Shown piece after piece: positions 40,729-52,717 of a DNA stretch of 64,000 bases. Made by a program: the position numbers and the translations under genes. The notes below the pieces were generated by a model. The model made no database searches and was not told the DNA's origin. It saw only the letters and a list, made by a program, of their open reading frames with translations. The DNA comes from Octopus sinensis (Eukaryota), in assembly GCF_006345805.1 (NCBI RefSeq), contig NC_043023.1:18414001-18478000 (forward strand). The letters run 5' to 3'. Numbering within the stretch: the first letter of the stretch is position 1; every line of letters starts with the position of its first letter.

Positions 40729-40800
40729 AATGTTCTTAAACTGGAGAGATTTTGGAAGGATCCGGGTTTGAGTTCTTTTATATCATTGTTATTCAAATAT
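40729..40800 (-). CDS. LRR exon 4 (C-type), 72 nt
   Basis: cag|...|gtaagt; YLNNNDIKELKPGSFQNLSSLRT(L). Confidence 0.85.
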
Positions 40801-42008
40801 CTGTAAGATTAATTCATTTGAAAAGAAATATCATGAATTAGGTATCTGATAAAATGACACATATTATGACAAAAAATAAGATGAGGGACAAAGAAGTAGG
40901 TAATGATGAGAAATGGATTTCATGATGAATGGAGATAATGGAGTCGGTAGTTGTGTTAAATATGAGGCGGAGGAATGTACTGGTAGTGGTGATGAAGATA
41001 CTGTCATGCGTGTTGAAGGTGGAAGAATAATATTGGTTTATGATGAAGACAATAATAAGGTAGACATGTTGATGCTTCATTACAGAAGAAGATGACGAAG
41101 ATCTTGATGACGGTGGTGGCGACTAAAACGCGACAGGATAATGATGATGGATGGTGAGCATGGAGTTAATGATTTAGTAGAAGTATTAGATGAATAGGAA
41201 AACTTGTGACATACAAGAATAAATTGTATTTCCTCTCACACCGTCTCCGATGAAGGATATTATTACTAATATCCCAGAACAGCTGTAAGACCTTCTATCT
41301 ATAAATACTCTAATATCTATAGAGCCTTGGTTTTAATCTCATTACGAAAAAAAAATTTCTTATATATATGAATATATATATATTATATATATATATAGAT
41401 ATATATAGGTATGTATTTGTGTGTGTGTATGTTTGAGCACACATAATGTGTATTAGTATAACGCTCGGGAAGTGAAAAATCTTTAACTTTCGAGCCAACG
41501 CTCCTCCACAGGAAAGATCACAGAAAGAAAAAGGATAGATAAAAAGGAGTGAAAATAAAGAAAATAGAAAGAAAAATAAAGTGAAAAAATGAAAAGAATA
41601 TATAAATATATTTTATTATATATATATATATACAAATATATATATACATAATATACATAAGTACAATATTATATATATATTATATATATATATATAATAT
41701 ATATATATACCATATTTATACATATCTATACATATATATACACCATATATACATGTATATAAGTGTGGGGGTGTGCAAAGTGATTACCCACATGCATCAC
41801 ACACCCGTATATACCAAATGTATACCAACACACTCTCATATTCCCTCTCAGACACATTCAAATCTATGCACAAACAATCTCTTACTGCGGGAGAGTGAAA
41901 ATATAGGGAGAGATTAGTTTGAGAGAGCATACCAGGATGATTGTGAAAATTAAATACTTCGGAATATATCATCAATGAAATGTTATCACTGAGAGTGTTC
42001 AAACTTAC

Positions 42009-42079
42009 AAATCTACTAAGTTGGGAAGTTTCTGAAGGCTTCTACATGGATTTCACTAATATTATTTTCATGTAAATAC
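42009..42079 (-). CDS. LRR exon 3 (D'-type), 71 nt as assembled
   Basis: cag/gtaagt boundaries. Reads YLHENNISEIHVEAFQKLPNLVD(L) after restoring one base; paralog of 22824-22895. Confidence 0.7.
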
Positions 42080-44039
42080 CTGTAATATAAAATTCAGCTG
42101 AGGAAAAATTGTATGCAATACATGTGGTTAAAATTCATTAGGTGATGGTAAAAATGGATGCAGATTAAACGATGATGATAGCGGCGTTATTAGTGATTAA
42201 TGAGAGGAAGAGGGGGAAGTAATAAATGGAGAAACGAGTTAGCGATGATGACGTTGGTATTATTATAGGCATCGTGGTGGGGAGAGTGAAGCCGATTCTT
42301 CTTATAATGATGTTCATATTGTCTTTTTTTATGGAAATTTAAGGATTTATAGGACTGCAAAAAGAAGTGCTCAATTGTAAATGAGATTAAATAAAGAACC
42401 ATTGATCATAGAACAAACATCAAATTGAGTCAACGATTTTATATATAACACATAACCTCGATCATTTAGTCATATGTAAAATTACCATGGTCCTTAACTA
42501 TATAAAATATACTTTACATAAAAACAGAGAAGGTAAAAATATATATGCGAATAAATAAAAATATATAGAACAGCCTATCAAAAGGTAAATATAAAGTCTA
42601 AAATCCTAAGAATTATAAAGCGGTCATGCTACAAAAACAACTAATAAACTAAGGTAACACAAATATCAAACGACTAAAAATATTTTTAAAAGTTCTTTGT
42701 TACTCCCTTCACAAAACGTACGTCAAAAACTTCAATTCTTAAACCATGGTAGGTACAGTCCATGAGCAAAGAGAGTTCCACAAGGTCAATTCAACAAACC
42801 TATGGCCATTTCGATATATTAAAGTGCATAACGGCAATGTCCCTCTCTTCAGGATGAACAGGAACCAGGAAACACACACAGAGCAAAACTAAAACGTTCA
42901 TTCATCGCCACATGGCTAATTGTAAGATAAACCCGTCATTACAGCACATTTCTAACACACATAAGAAACACCGAATTATTTTATTGCTAAAACATGCAGG
43001 TGCTGTTGTGAATAGAAATTTTACTCCGCTATTTTCAAACCCTATAAAATTAACCATTATTTACTACATCTACTTTATTTCTAACCTTTCGGAAAAAGTA
43101 GACGGAAACTTATGGCTGTAAAAAGGGATCACCTCAGCAAATTTATTTAAGCCCAAAGACTTAAGGATGGCAAGGGATTCCCTTACACATAACTTTCACT
43201 TATTTATATTAACTCTGAAATAAGGGCCTCGAAATAACAGACCATCAAGAGAATATCTTTTAGTTATTCCTCTTTAAACTCTGTATATAAGAATCAAGTG
43301 TAGTAGAATAACCGTATTTTTCGTTGGGAAACGAATTCATGCGAGCCCTATACGTAGGCTTAAAATTTACAGCACTACCTAGATACAACTTATCCAAATT
43401 ACCATTCTCTTTAACAAAGCATTTATATATTGCCTTTAGTAGAGAGGCAAGCCAATCAAGGGGACATAATACAGTGTTTCTACAATTATACGATTTACCA
43501 AAGCATTCCTAACTTTATTACTACAACTAACATTATTTGTCTGGTTTCCCACGTTCTTTCTTTCAGATATCCCATTATAGGGGTTCGATAAGACCGTTGG
43601 GAGCAAATGGTTTGTAGCACTAAACTTAGGCATATAAGAGCTTACCTGGCCAGTTACCAGGTTTTCCCCAGCAGAAGAATATTATTCAGCCCTTGCCCAT
43701 TTAAATTGCTTCTATTAGAGACGCAATAATGGAGGTCATAGTTGCGTTACTGAGTAAGAGAATTTGATGGAAGACTTATTGCAATGCTGCAGTATTATGA
43801 TGTTTGGGAATCTTCTTCAGAATCTTAAACAACAATTGGTCAAGGTCTTTCCCTAAGAGAAAAGTCAGGGGCGAACCATTTTATATCCCGTATGCTAAAA
43901 CGTGAGCTCTGCTTTTATTATCTCCTCCTTCTTCCACTATTTCGCTTCCTGTATCTATTCCTAACATCTTACATATGTCACGCCCAGCAATCTCGTTGAC
44001 TGGATCACCCACTACCAGACACACTGATACAAACCCATG

Positions 44040-44118
<79 letters not shown>

Positions 44119-44343
44119 TCATAAAATATAGTTCGTCTGATGTATGACACTCACAGATATAAAACAGAAACTCTCATTCCCACAGACATGACATTCACAA
44201 GCAATCATACGTTCTTATCAGGGGGAGAGAGAGAATATTGGGAGAGAATAGTGAGAGAGTGGGAAAGTAAGGATGTGAAGATATTAAATATTAAGAAAGA
44301 TATTGTCAATGAAATGCTAGAAACAAGTCTGATCTTTACTTAC

Positions 44344-44414
44344 AATCCTCCTAAACTGGGGAGATTTTGAAGGATCCGGCTTTGAGTTCTTTTATATCAT
44401 TGTTATTCAAATAT
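44344..44414 (-). CDS. LRR exon 2 (C-type), 71 nt as assembled
   Basis: cag/gtaagt boundaries. Reads YLNNNDIKELKAGSFQNLPSLGG(L) after restoring one T lost in a homopolymer. Confidence 0.7.
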
Positions 44415-44974
44415 CTGTTAGATTAAATTTTATTTGAAAAGAAATATCATGGATTAGGTATCTGATAAAATGACACATATGACAAATAATAAGATGAGGA
44501 CAAAGAAAGTAGGTAATGATGAGAATGAATTTCATGATGATGGAGATAATGGAGTCGTTAGTAGTGATAAATATGAGTTGGGGGAACGTACTGGGTAGTG
44601 GTGATGAAGATACTGTCATGCGGTCGAAGGTGGGAATAATAATTTGGTGATGATGAGACAATAATAAGGTAGACAATGTTGATGCTTGAGAACAGAGATG
44701 AACGAAGATCTTGATGACGGTGGTGGCGAAAAGAAAGCGACAGGATAATGATGATGGATGGTGAGCATGGTGGTGATGATTTAGTAGAAGTATTAGATGA
44801 ATAGGAAAACTTGTGACATACAAGAATAAATTGTATTTCCTCTCACACCGTCTCCGATGAAGGGATATTATTACTTAATATCCCAGAACAGGTGTAAGAC
44901 CTTCTATCTATAAATGGTCTAATATCTATACAGACTTTGTTTTATCTCATTAACGAAAAAATTCTTATATATAG

Positions 44975-45065
<91 letters not shown>

Positions 45066-46647
45066 TTTATATATATATATTTGTGTGTGTGTGTTGTGTA
45101 TGTATGTTTGTAGACAACAAACAGGTGTATTGCTATCACGCTCGGAAGTGAAAATCTTTACGTTTCGAGCAACGCTCCTCCACAGGAAGGAACACAGAAA
45201 GAAACAAGGAAAGATAAGAAGGAGTGAAAATTAAAGAAAATAAATAGAGAAAATAGAGTGAAAAAAATAAAAAAAAGGGCTCAATTGTAAATGAGATTAA
45301 GATAAAGAAACGTTGATCATAGAACAAACATCAAATGTGAGTCAACGATTTTATATATAACCACCATCCTCAATCATTTAGTCATATGTAAATATTACCA
45401 TTGTCCTTAAACATATAAAATATACATTTACATGAAAACAGAGAAGGTAAAAATATATATGCGATAAAAAAAATTATTATATAGAACAGCCGATCAAAAA
45501 GTAAATATAAAAACAAAATTCCTAAGAATTATAAAGCGTGTCATGCTACAATAAACTAATAAACTAAGATAAAACAACATATCAAACGACTAAAATATTT
45601 TTAAATGTTCTTTTTTACTCCCTTCACAAACGTACGTCCAAAAAGTTCAATTCTTAACCATGGTTTGTTACAGTCCATGAGCAAAGAGAGTTCCACAAGG
45701 TCAATTCAAACACCTATGGCATTTCGATTATATTAAAGTGCATAACGGCAAGTCCCTCTCTTCAGGATGAACAGGAACCAGGACACATGCACAGAGCAAA
45801 ACTAAAAAGTTCATACAACGCCACATGGCTAATTTTAAGATAAACCCGTCATTGCAGCAACATTTTCTAACACATAAAGAAACACCGAATTATTTTATTG
45901 CTAAACATGCAGGTGGCTGTTGTTAAGAGAAATAATTACATCACTTTGTTAATGTGATTAGTGTGTTACTGAGTACACCAACGAAATAGTCAGCTTCTTA
46001 CTGTCAAATTTAAAAACTTATATTTGTTCGTAGTTTGTTTTTTGGGTTTGTAAACAAACTTCTATGTGCTTTCGGTGCAAATGGTTTTGCTAAACGGTGT
46101 CAGTTTTACATTCTGTATTTAAAAATAATGGTATTTTATAAGTTTAAAGCTGATAGCGATCGCCGTGCAACGACTAAGGACAATAGTCTAATAATTGGGC
46201 AAATAAAACCTCGACAGAAAAAAGTAAGCTTTCCCATCCTCGTTGGACTCGAACCCGTATTCTTTTGTTAACGCGTCGACGTCTCACCGTCTATACCAGC
46301 TAAATGGCCTGCTTCTTTATTATTATGTAAAGAAAAGTAAAACTCAACAGCGTCTAATAACTCATTTGCACCGAAAGCGCATAGAAGTTTGTTTAAAAAA
46401 AAAAACACTATGAGCTAATATAGTTCTTAAATTTGACTGTAAGAAGCAGCCTAGCTCGCTGGTATAATCGGTAACACACGTAGGGATTGAGGGATGTGGT
46501 TTCGGTCCCACGCGAATGGGAAAGCCTACTTCTTTTTCTGTCGAGAGTTTATATACTCCATTATTACACTATTTTCCTTAATCATGCACGATGGTCACTT
46601 TAAATTATAAATTACTATATATATACATACACACACACACACACACC

Positions 46648-46708
<61 letters not shown>

Positions 46709-46999
46709 AAATAGCAACAAGAATGATTCCAGTAATTTGGTACAATTGTTTCATACTACAACATTTTATGAAAGCTGTAAATATTACAGCAGATTTAAGA
46801 TGCTGAGTACTCTTCAGCCAATTTATATAGGTTTTCCAATAATATAACAGCTTTCAAATCAAGTCGTAACATTTTAGGGAAGGTAAATATACAGATAAAG
46901 ATGTGAATATGAATCTTAATAACATATGAGGGTATGTAGTTCAGATGCTAACTGACCAAAGCTCTGCTTGCAACTGACTGCTATAAGAAATTTTAGTTT

Positions 47000-47700
47000 T
47001 AGGAATGAGGTAAGGGAAGGTTTTAGAATACCATAAAAGGAATTCAAGTTGGCTGTACTTCTAACAGTAGCTTTCTTTATCTCGGATGTTCGGTGGATTT
47101 TAAAAACGTTTTAAACAACCATTTTTCCTTTTTTAGACTAAAACATAAGGCAGGTTGCACTACACTATCTATCAAAATTTGGGGACTAAAAACAAATAAT
47201 ATAGGATACAACCTAAAATGGGATATAGTTAGAAGGACAAAACCTTATAGTAGGGTAGGCTGTGAACTTTGTTCTATGGAAAACCTATGAAATTTTAAGT
47301 ATCGAAGTATAAAAATCTGTGTGAATAATCGTCTCGAGTTGAGATAATCTTGCATACATTCCACAACTCGAACTTTTAAATACTTTAAATAATTATTTGA
47401 GTATTCCTATATTTTTCAAACTTTAACTTTTTAATATAATAATAATATGAAATATACTATACTAACCTTTATCTTAACTTTCATAGATGACTAGAAAAAC
47501 TTCACTGTAATCTTGAAATTGGAACTTTCCCTAATCTAATCTAGTTTTAAAATTTAAGCTATTCCCCAGTTATAAAATACGATATCTACTAAAAAAAGTG
47601 ATAGTTTTTGTTTTCCCTTACCCTTTGTAAAAGAATTTAATGATCTCTCGACACTGACCTAGTTTACTTCTCACCACATAGAAAAATGGCTTTTTGTTTA
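47000..47700 (+). mobile_element. Penelope-like 3' fragment (GIY-YIG C-terminus)
   Basis: LKTNNIGYNLKWDIVRRTKPYSRVGCELCSMENL matches the KWxI...CxLC..E tail of Penelope endonucleases. Confidence 0.65.
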
Positions 47701-47739
47701 GTGACAACCTGAATTCCTTTATGGAATTCTGAATTCCTC

Positions 47740-50700
47740 CTCTTTCTACAACCAACTTGAATTCCTTTAAGGTATTCTAAAACATTCCCTTACCCTCATT
47801 CCTAAAACTAAAATTTCTTATAGCAGTCTGACGTTGGATTTGCAAGCTTTCTAGCATACATTGCATTCAACGGTCAACACAGACATATAGGCAAAATAGT
47901 TGTTGGAGGTTCGTTTTCCATGCGTTCGCAGATGAGATTTGAGGCCAGCAAAAGACAGGCATGATATGTCACAGACTGTGCATACAAAAGGTCATTGTTA
48001 TTCACCTTTTCGATCGTTACATTCTTCCTTAGATCTCGTTTGAGCCTTATTTGCGTTATCCTCACCCCACTCCACACCTTTGTTCGCCATCCAACTCGAT
48101 CCGAAGCAAGGGTTTCTATATCTTCCGGAACCATTCCAAGTGACTTCATAGTAGTCCTTATACAGTCCTTAAACCTCTTTTTAGATTTACGCCAATAGCA
48201 TTCCCCCTCTGCAAACTCGCCATAAAACAGCTGTTTCGGCATGCGTTCATCTGCCGTTCGAACAATACGGCTACACCATCTCGATTGGTTCCTCAAAATC
48301 ATAGCTTTAATCGAGGTGATGCCTGCAGATGCAAGGACTTCTGTGTTTGGAATAAAATACCTCCTTTTAATTTTTAAAATGCGTTGAAGCATTTTGGTGG
48401 AATTGTTGTAACAGTTTAAAATGCCTTTCATAACAAGTCCAAGTTTCACAGAAATACAACAGGGATGGTAAGACAAATGATATTAAAGTCACAGCTTTGT
48501 ATTCTTATTTATATTTCGCTGGTACCAAACGCGTTACACCAAGCCACCAAATGCTTTTGCTGCCCTTTGAATTCGCTGCTGTATTTCTGTATCAAGATTT
48601 CCATCATTTTGAAGAGAGCCTCCAAGTTAAATGAACGAATCAACAGCCGCGAGTAACTTTCCCTTGACAAAAAATTTTGTGGTTACAAACAGCACCACAC
48701 ACAGGGTGATGCATAACAACTGGTTTTTTTTTCAAGTCGATGGTCAAACCAAAATCAACACAAGCAGAGACAAATGCAGATACCAGAGACTGCAGACCTG
48801 TTTGAGAATTACTGACAAGATCGCAATCTTCAGCGTACAAAAGTTCCCTAATGAATGAAGTAAAAACCTTCGTTTTCAATTTCAGTCTGGTCAGATTATA
48901 AACATTCCCTGTTGTTCGATATTTTATGTAAATACCCTCCTCAGAGTTTTAAAAAGCGATATATATTGCAACAGCATTATATATTGCAAAGAGGGTGGGT
49001 GCATAAAGGTCATTACAGCAGTTTCCACAACAAAAAGATTTCGAGGGCCTACCACTATAAGTAACTTTAGCTTTTTATATCTTGATGCAAAGCTCTGACC
49101 ATATTTACAAATTTTCAGGGCAAACATTTTCTCTAAGAATTAGTCACAGAGCCTTTCGATTAACAGTTTCGAATGCGTTTGCTCAAATCAACAAAGCAAT
49201 GGTATAGAGTAAAATTCTGTTTAATGCACTTTTCTAGTAATTGTCTGACAGTAAAGATACAATCATCTGTGCTCCTGGAGGAACGAAAACCACTCTAAGA
49301 TTCAGACACTATATTTGGAACTATGAAGATATTTAAACGCTCTAACCACAGACGAAAGCGAAATCCCACGATAATTACCACACAGATCCTTTGGCTCCGA
49401 TTTCTTCGAGGAGACTAAAATGGCATCAATCCAGTCTTGAGGTACTTTCTCAGTTCTCCGACAGTGGCAAATTAATATATTTAAGAGTTCAAACATTTTG
49501 TCGACCTTATATTTCAAGACTTCTGCACAGATTCCATCAGACCCTGGATACTTTTTCACAGTTAAATAAATGTCATTCAGAGTTGGTTCAAATGCCATCT
49601 CTTCTATAACTGGAAGGTGATCAATTTTTTTCTATCGTCCCCAGCTCAACGGCTGAGAGTCTATTCAAAAGTGAAGAAAAATATTCTACCCAAAGATTAT
49701 GAATAAAAGCACTGCCAGTCAGAAGAAAATGTCCATTTGCTGTTCTCACTGGAGCAATTGAAGACGATTTGAGGCCATATACCTCCTTCACATAAGACTA
49801 CAAACCCTTGGCATCATTTCTATCAGCTTTTGTGCCCTTTTTGCTCTATCATTTCATCATTACTGTTTAATTTTCCTTGGAGCAGTCTGCACTTTCCTTT
49901 TCAGTTTTCTGTAAACTTCGTTAGAGATGGCGTTCAAGGACTGAGAAAGAAGTGTATTGTGCCTACGTTTTGCTTTTCTAAAAGTAGATTATGAATTTCT
50001 GCTGATCTATCTGAGTACCAGTCACTGGATTTATGAGATTTAAATCCTATTGACGAACTTGCAGCCTGAAATACTTTTGTTTTGAAATCTTCCAATAGAT
50101 TGTTTGGGTCAAGATTGATACTTTCTATAGAATCGTGGAATCTTTGCTTGATAATTTAATGTTTACAACATTTAACTTTTTGGGTACGTTAGGACCAGAC
50201 TGTCGATATTTTAGGCATTATCGAAAAATCTATTTTTCCACGCACTAGATAATGGTCAGTTCAGCTTTCTGCTCTACTCATGACCTGAATGCTAGAAACG
50301 TCTTTCATATCACGTTTCCTGATCAGAATATTATCTATGAGATGCCAGTGCTTAGATCTTGGGTACAACCAGGTGGTTTTATATTTATTTTTCTGCTTAA
50401 ACAGACTGTTGGTGACAACCAGATTATTCTCAGTACAAAACGTCAAAAGAGCTACTCCATTTTTATTGCATTTTCCAATCTCACATCGACCTAAACCAGG
50501 CTATGAAACATAGTCCTTTCCACCTCTTACATTGAAATCTCCCAATATGACCGGCTTGTCAGAAATTGGTACTTTCCTCAATAATTGTGCTAGATCGTCA
50601 AAAATCTGTCCTACAGTTTCATCAGAATGGGACATTGTTGGCGTATAAATACTGACAACGGTAAGAAACCTACCTTTTGTCAGTTTAATATGGCATGACA

Positions 50701-51470
50701 TGGTTCGTTCAGATATACCACTTGGAAGCTCTGCAATGGAGGATACTAATGAATTCTTGAGAGCAAATCCAACACCAGATTCTCTACGTTGACCCTTGTG
50801 TATGCCTCTCCAAAAGATAGTATATCCATAAGTAGGTTCATTTACTTGACCCTTACCAGAGAGACAAATTTCAAAGAGCGCAACTATATCATGAAAATAT
50901 TTCTTGAGCTCACATGCAATAAGTGCAGTACACCTTTCTAGCCTCTAATTGAAATTATCATCGAGACGTGTGCGCACATTGCAGAAACCAAAATTCAAAG
51001 GATGTCTATTTTGCTTTTCCTTGAAGATTGTTTGACCATAGTGGCAGGAGGACGACCGGGTCCCGCCTGTGATACACTGGGACACCTGCCGAGCTAGACC
51101 TGTTCCACTGACGTTCCCAATCCTTTTTTGCCATTTACTGAATCTGTTTGTGACATCTTAGAGTAAGTTACAAGTGAATTTTTAGGTTTCTGCCAACCAA
51201 CCAATTCAATGATTTTTGCCATGGAGTACAGGAAGTACCTGTGCAGATAAATAGTTTTCTGTGGGTGTAGCTTGCACTGCAATATTGGCCCAAGAAGACT
51301 TTCGCCAGTGTGACATAAAAATTGACAAAACCAGGAACATCCAAGATCTCAGGTTTTATTTCGGAAATTTCCTTCTCCTAGGTAGATTACCAACCAAGAT
51401 TAAATAGCTTCTATAAGCCCTTGACGTAAGCTATCCCATTCCAGACACCAAAGCAACACTCAGACATTCT
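47740..51470 (-). mobile_element. RTE-clade LINE, near full length, degenerate
   Basis: Endonuclease (YTPTMSHSDE...VILGDFN; FCTENNLVVTNSLFKQK), RT (DLCGNYRGISL; RELLYAED) and C-terminal AGLKSHLRTH. Confidence 0.9.
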
Positions 51471-51609
51471 ATAATGTGATCAAATATCACTCTGGTGATC
51501 GACGTGGAGTAGCACATTCATAAAAAAGGAAGGTACGATATGTGATTTGAAAATGTAAATAAGTATTATATATAATATAAAAATGTAAAAGATATGCGAT
51601 AAATATAAA

Positions 51610-51995
51610 TCTCTCTCTATATATAAACGGCAGTTTGTCTGTGTGTTTTCTGTGTGTCTGTTTGGTTGTACCCTCACCCTGACCACGGCTTTCAACCGAT
51701 TCTGATGAAACTTGACACACACATAGCCCAATGTCATAATTCAAAACTAACGCAGCGAAAATTTTGAAAAGTTCCCCCAGTTCTGAAAAAGATCGATAAA
51801 TTCGACATGGGGTCGACAATCAGAAACACAAACCACAGATGGTCTAGGGAACGCAACTCGACCTTTTTAACTATCAAAAAAAATTTACCATCATTATTTT
51901 TCCAATTTCTTTGCTATTTTTTTGCTATAACTCTCTAAAAATGCTTTATAGTTATTTCCTTTACAAACCCGAGCAACGCCGGGCGATACTGCTAG
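51610..51995 (+). mobile_element. Non-autonomous Helitron
   Basis: 5' TC, 3' hairpin cccgagcaacgccggg and CTAG. Inserted at A|T (empty site aaatataaa|tgtatat at ~36864). Confidence 0.9.
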
Positions 51996-52645
51996 TGTAT
52001 ATATAAAAGTATACATATATATACACATATAGAGAAATAAAAAGGTATGATGTGTGAATAAACAATTATAAGATATACAATAATATACATAAAGTAAAAA
52101 TATACATATATATATAAATATACATATATATATATATAAATATACATATATATAAAAATATACATATATATATATATACATATAAAAGTTATATGCACAT
52201 TAACAGATATTTTGTTGGATGGCCGTTGACTGTTCAGGAGTTCGTTATACATACATACATACATACATACATACATTTATATACATCATACATGCATACA
52301 TGCATACATACATACAGGCATATAGGCATGCATACATATACATACATAAATATATATACACACATATATATATATATGTATGTACGTAATGTATGTATGT
52401 ATGTACGTATGTATGTATGTATGTATGTATGTATGCATGTTTGTTTGTTTGTATGCATGCACAAAATGCTTCACTTGAGGTATCATATTCACATATATGC
52501 AACACGCACTCGTAGTCCATCACGCAAGTTCACAAACAAATACGTGCTGCAACTGGGCGTGTGTGAAATTATACGAAATGGCAATTTGAAAGAGCGGGAA
52601 ATGGAAGATGCGATGAATATATCAAGAAGACTTGGTCTAACTTAC

Positions 52646-52717
52646 AAAGTTGTTAAATTAGGAAGATTTTGGAAGGTTCCTGGTTTGATTTCGTTTATAT
52701 GATTGAAAGTCAGGTTC
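52646..52717 (-). CDS. LRR exon 1 (E-type), 72 nt
   Basis: ttacag|G AAC CTG ACT TTC AAT...ACA ACT TT|gtaagt = (L)NLTFNHINEIKPGTFQNLPNLTT(L). Exactly 72 nt, phase 2-2. Confidence 0.9.

Larger units (their letters stand above)
38498..45930. repeat. Further duplicated copy of the LRR-exon units (paralogous to ~19540-25900 and ~32300-32860), rich in 1-bp deletions
   Basis: Same module order: junction, MWRC region, Penelope GIY-YIG, Tc1 3' bit, C exon, hammerhead, D' exon, and so on. Confidence 0.85.

Noticed and set aside
17080-45930. Regularly recurring modules as a CRISPR-like or satellite array
   Set aside because: The units are kilobase-scale exon+intron duplications, with no short repeat-spacer structure.
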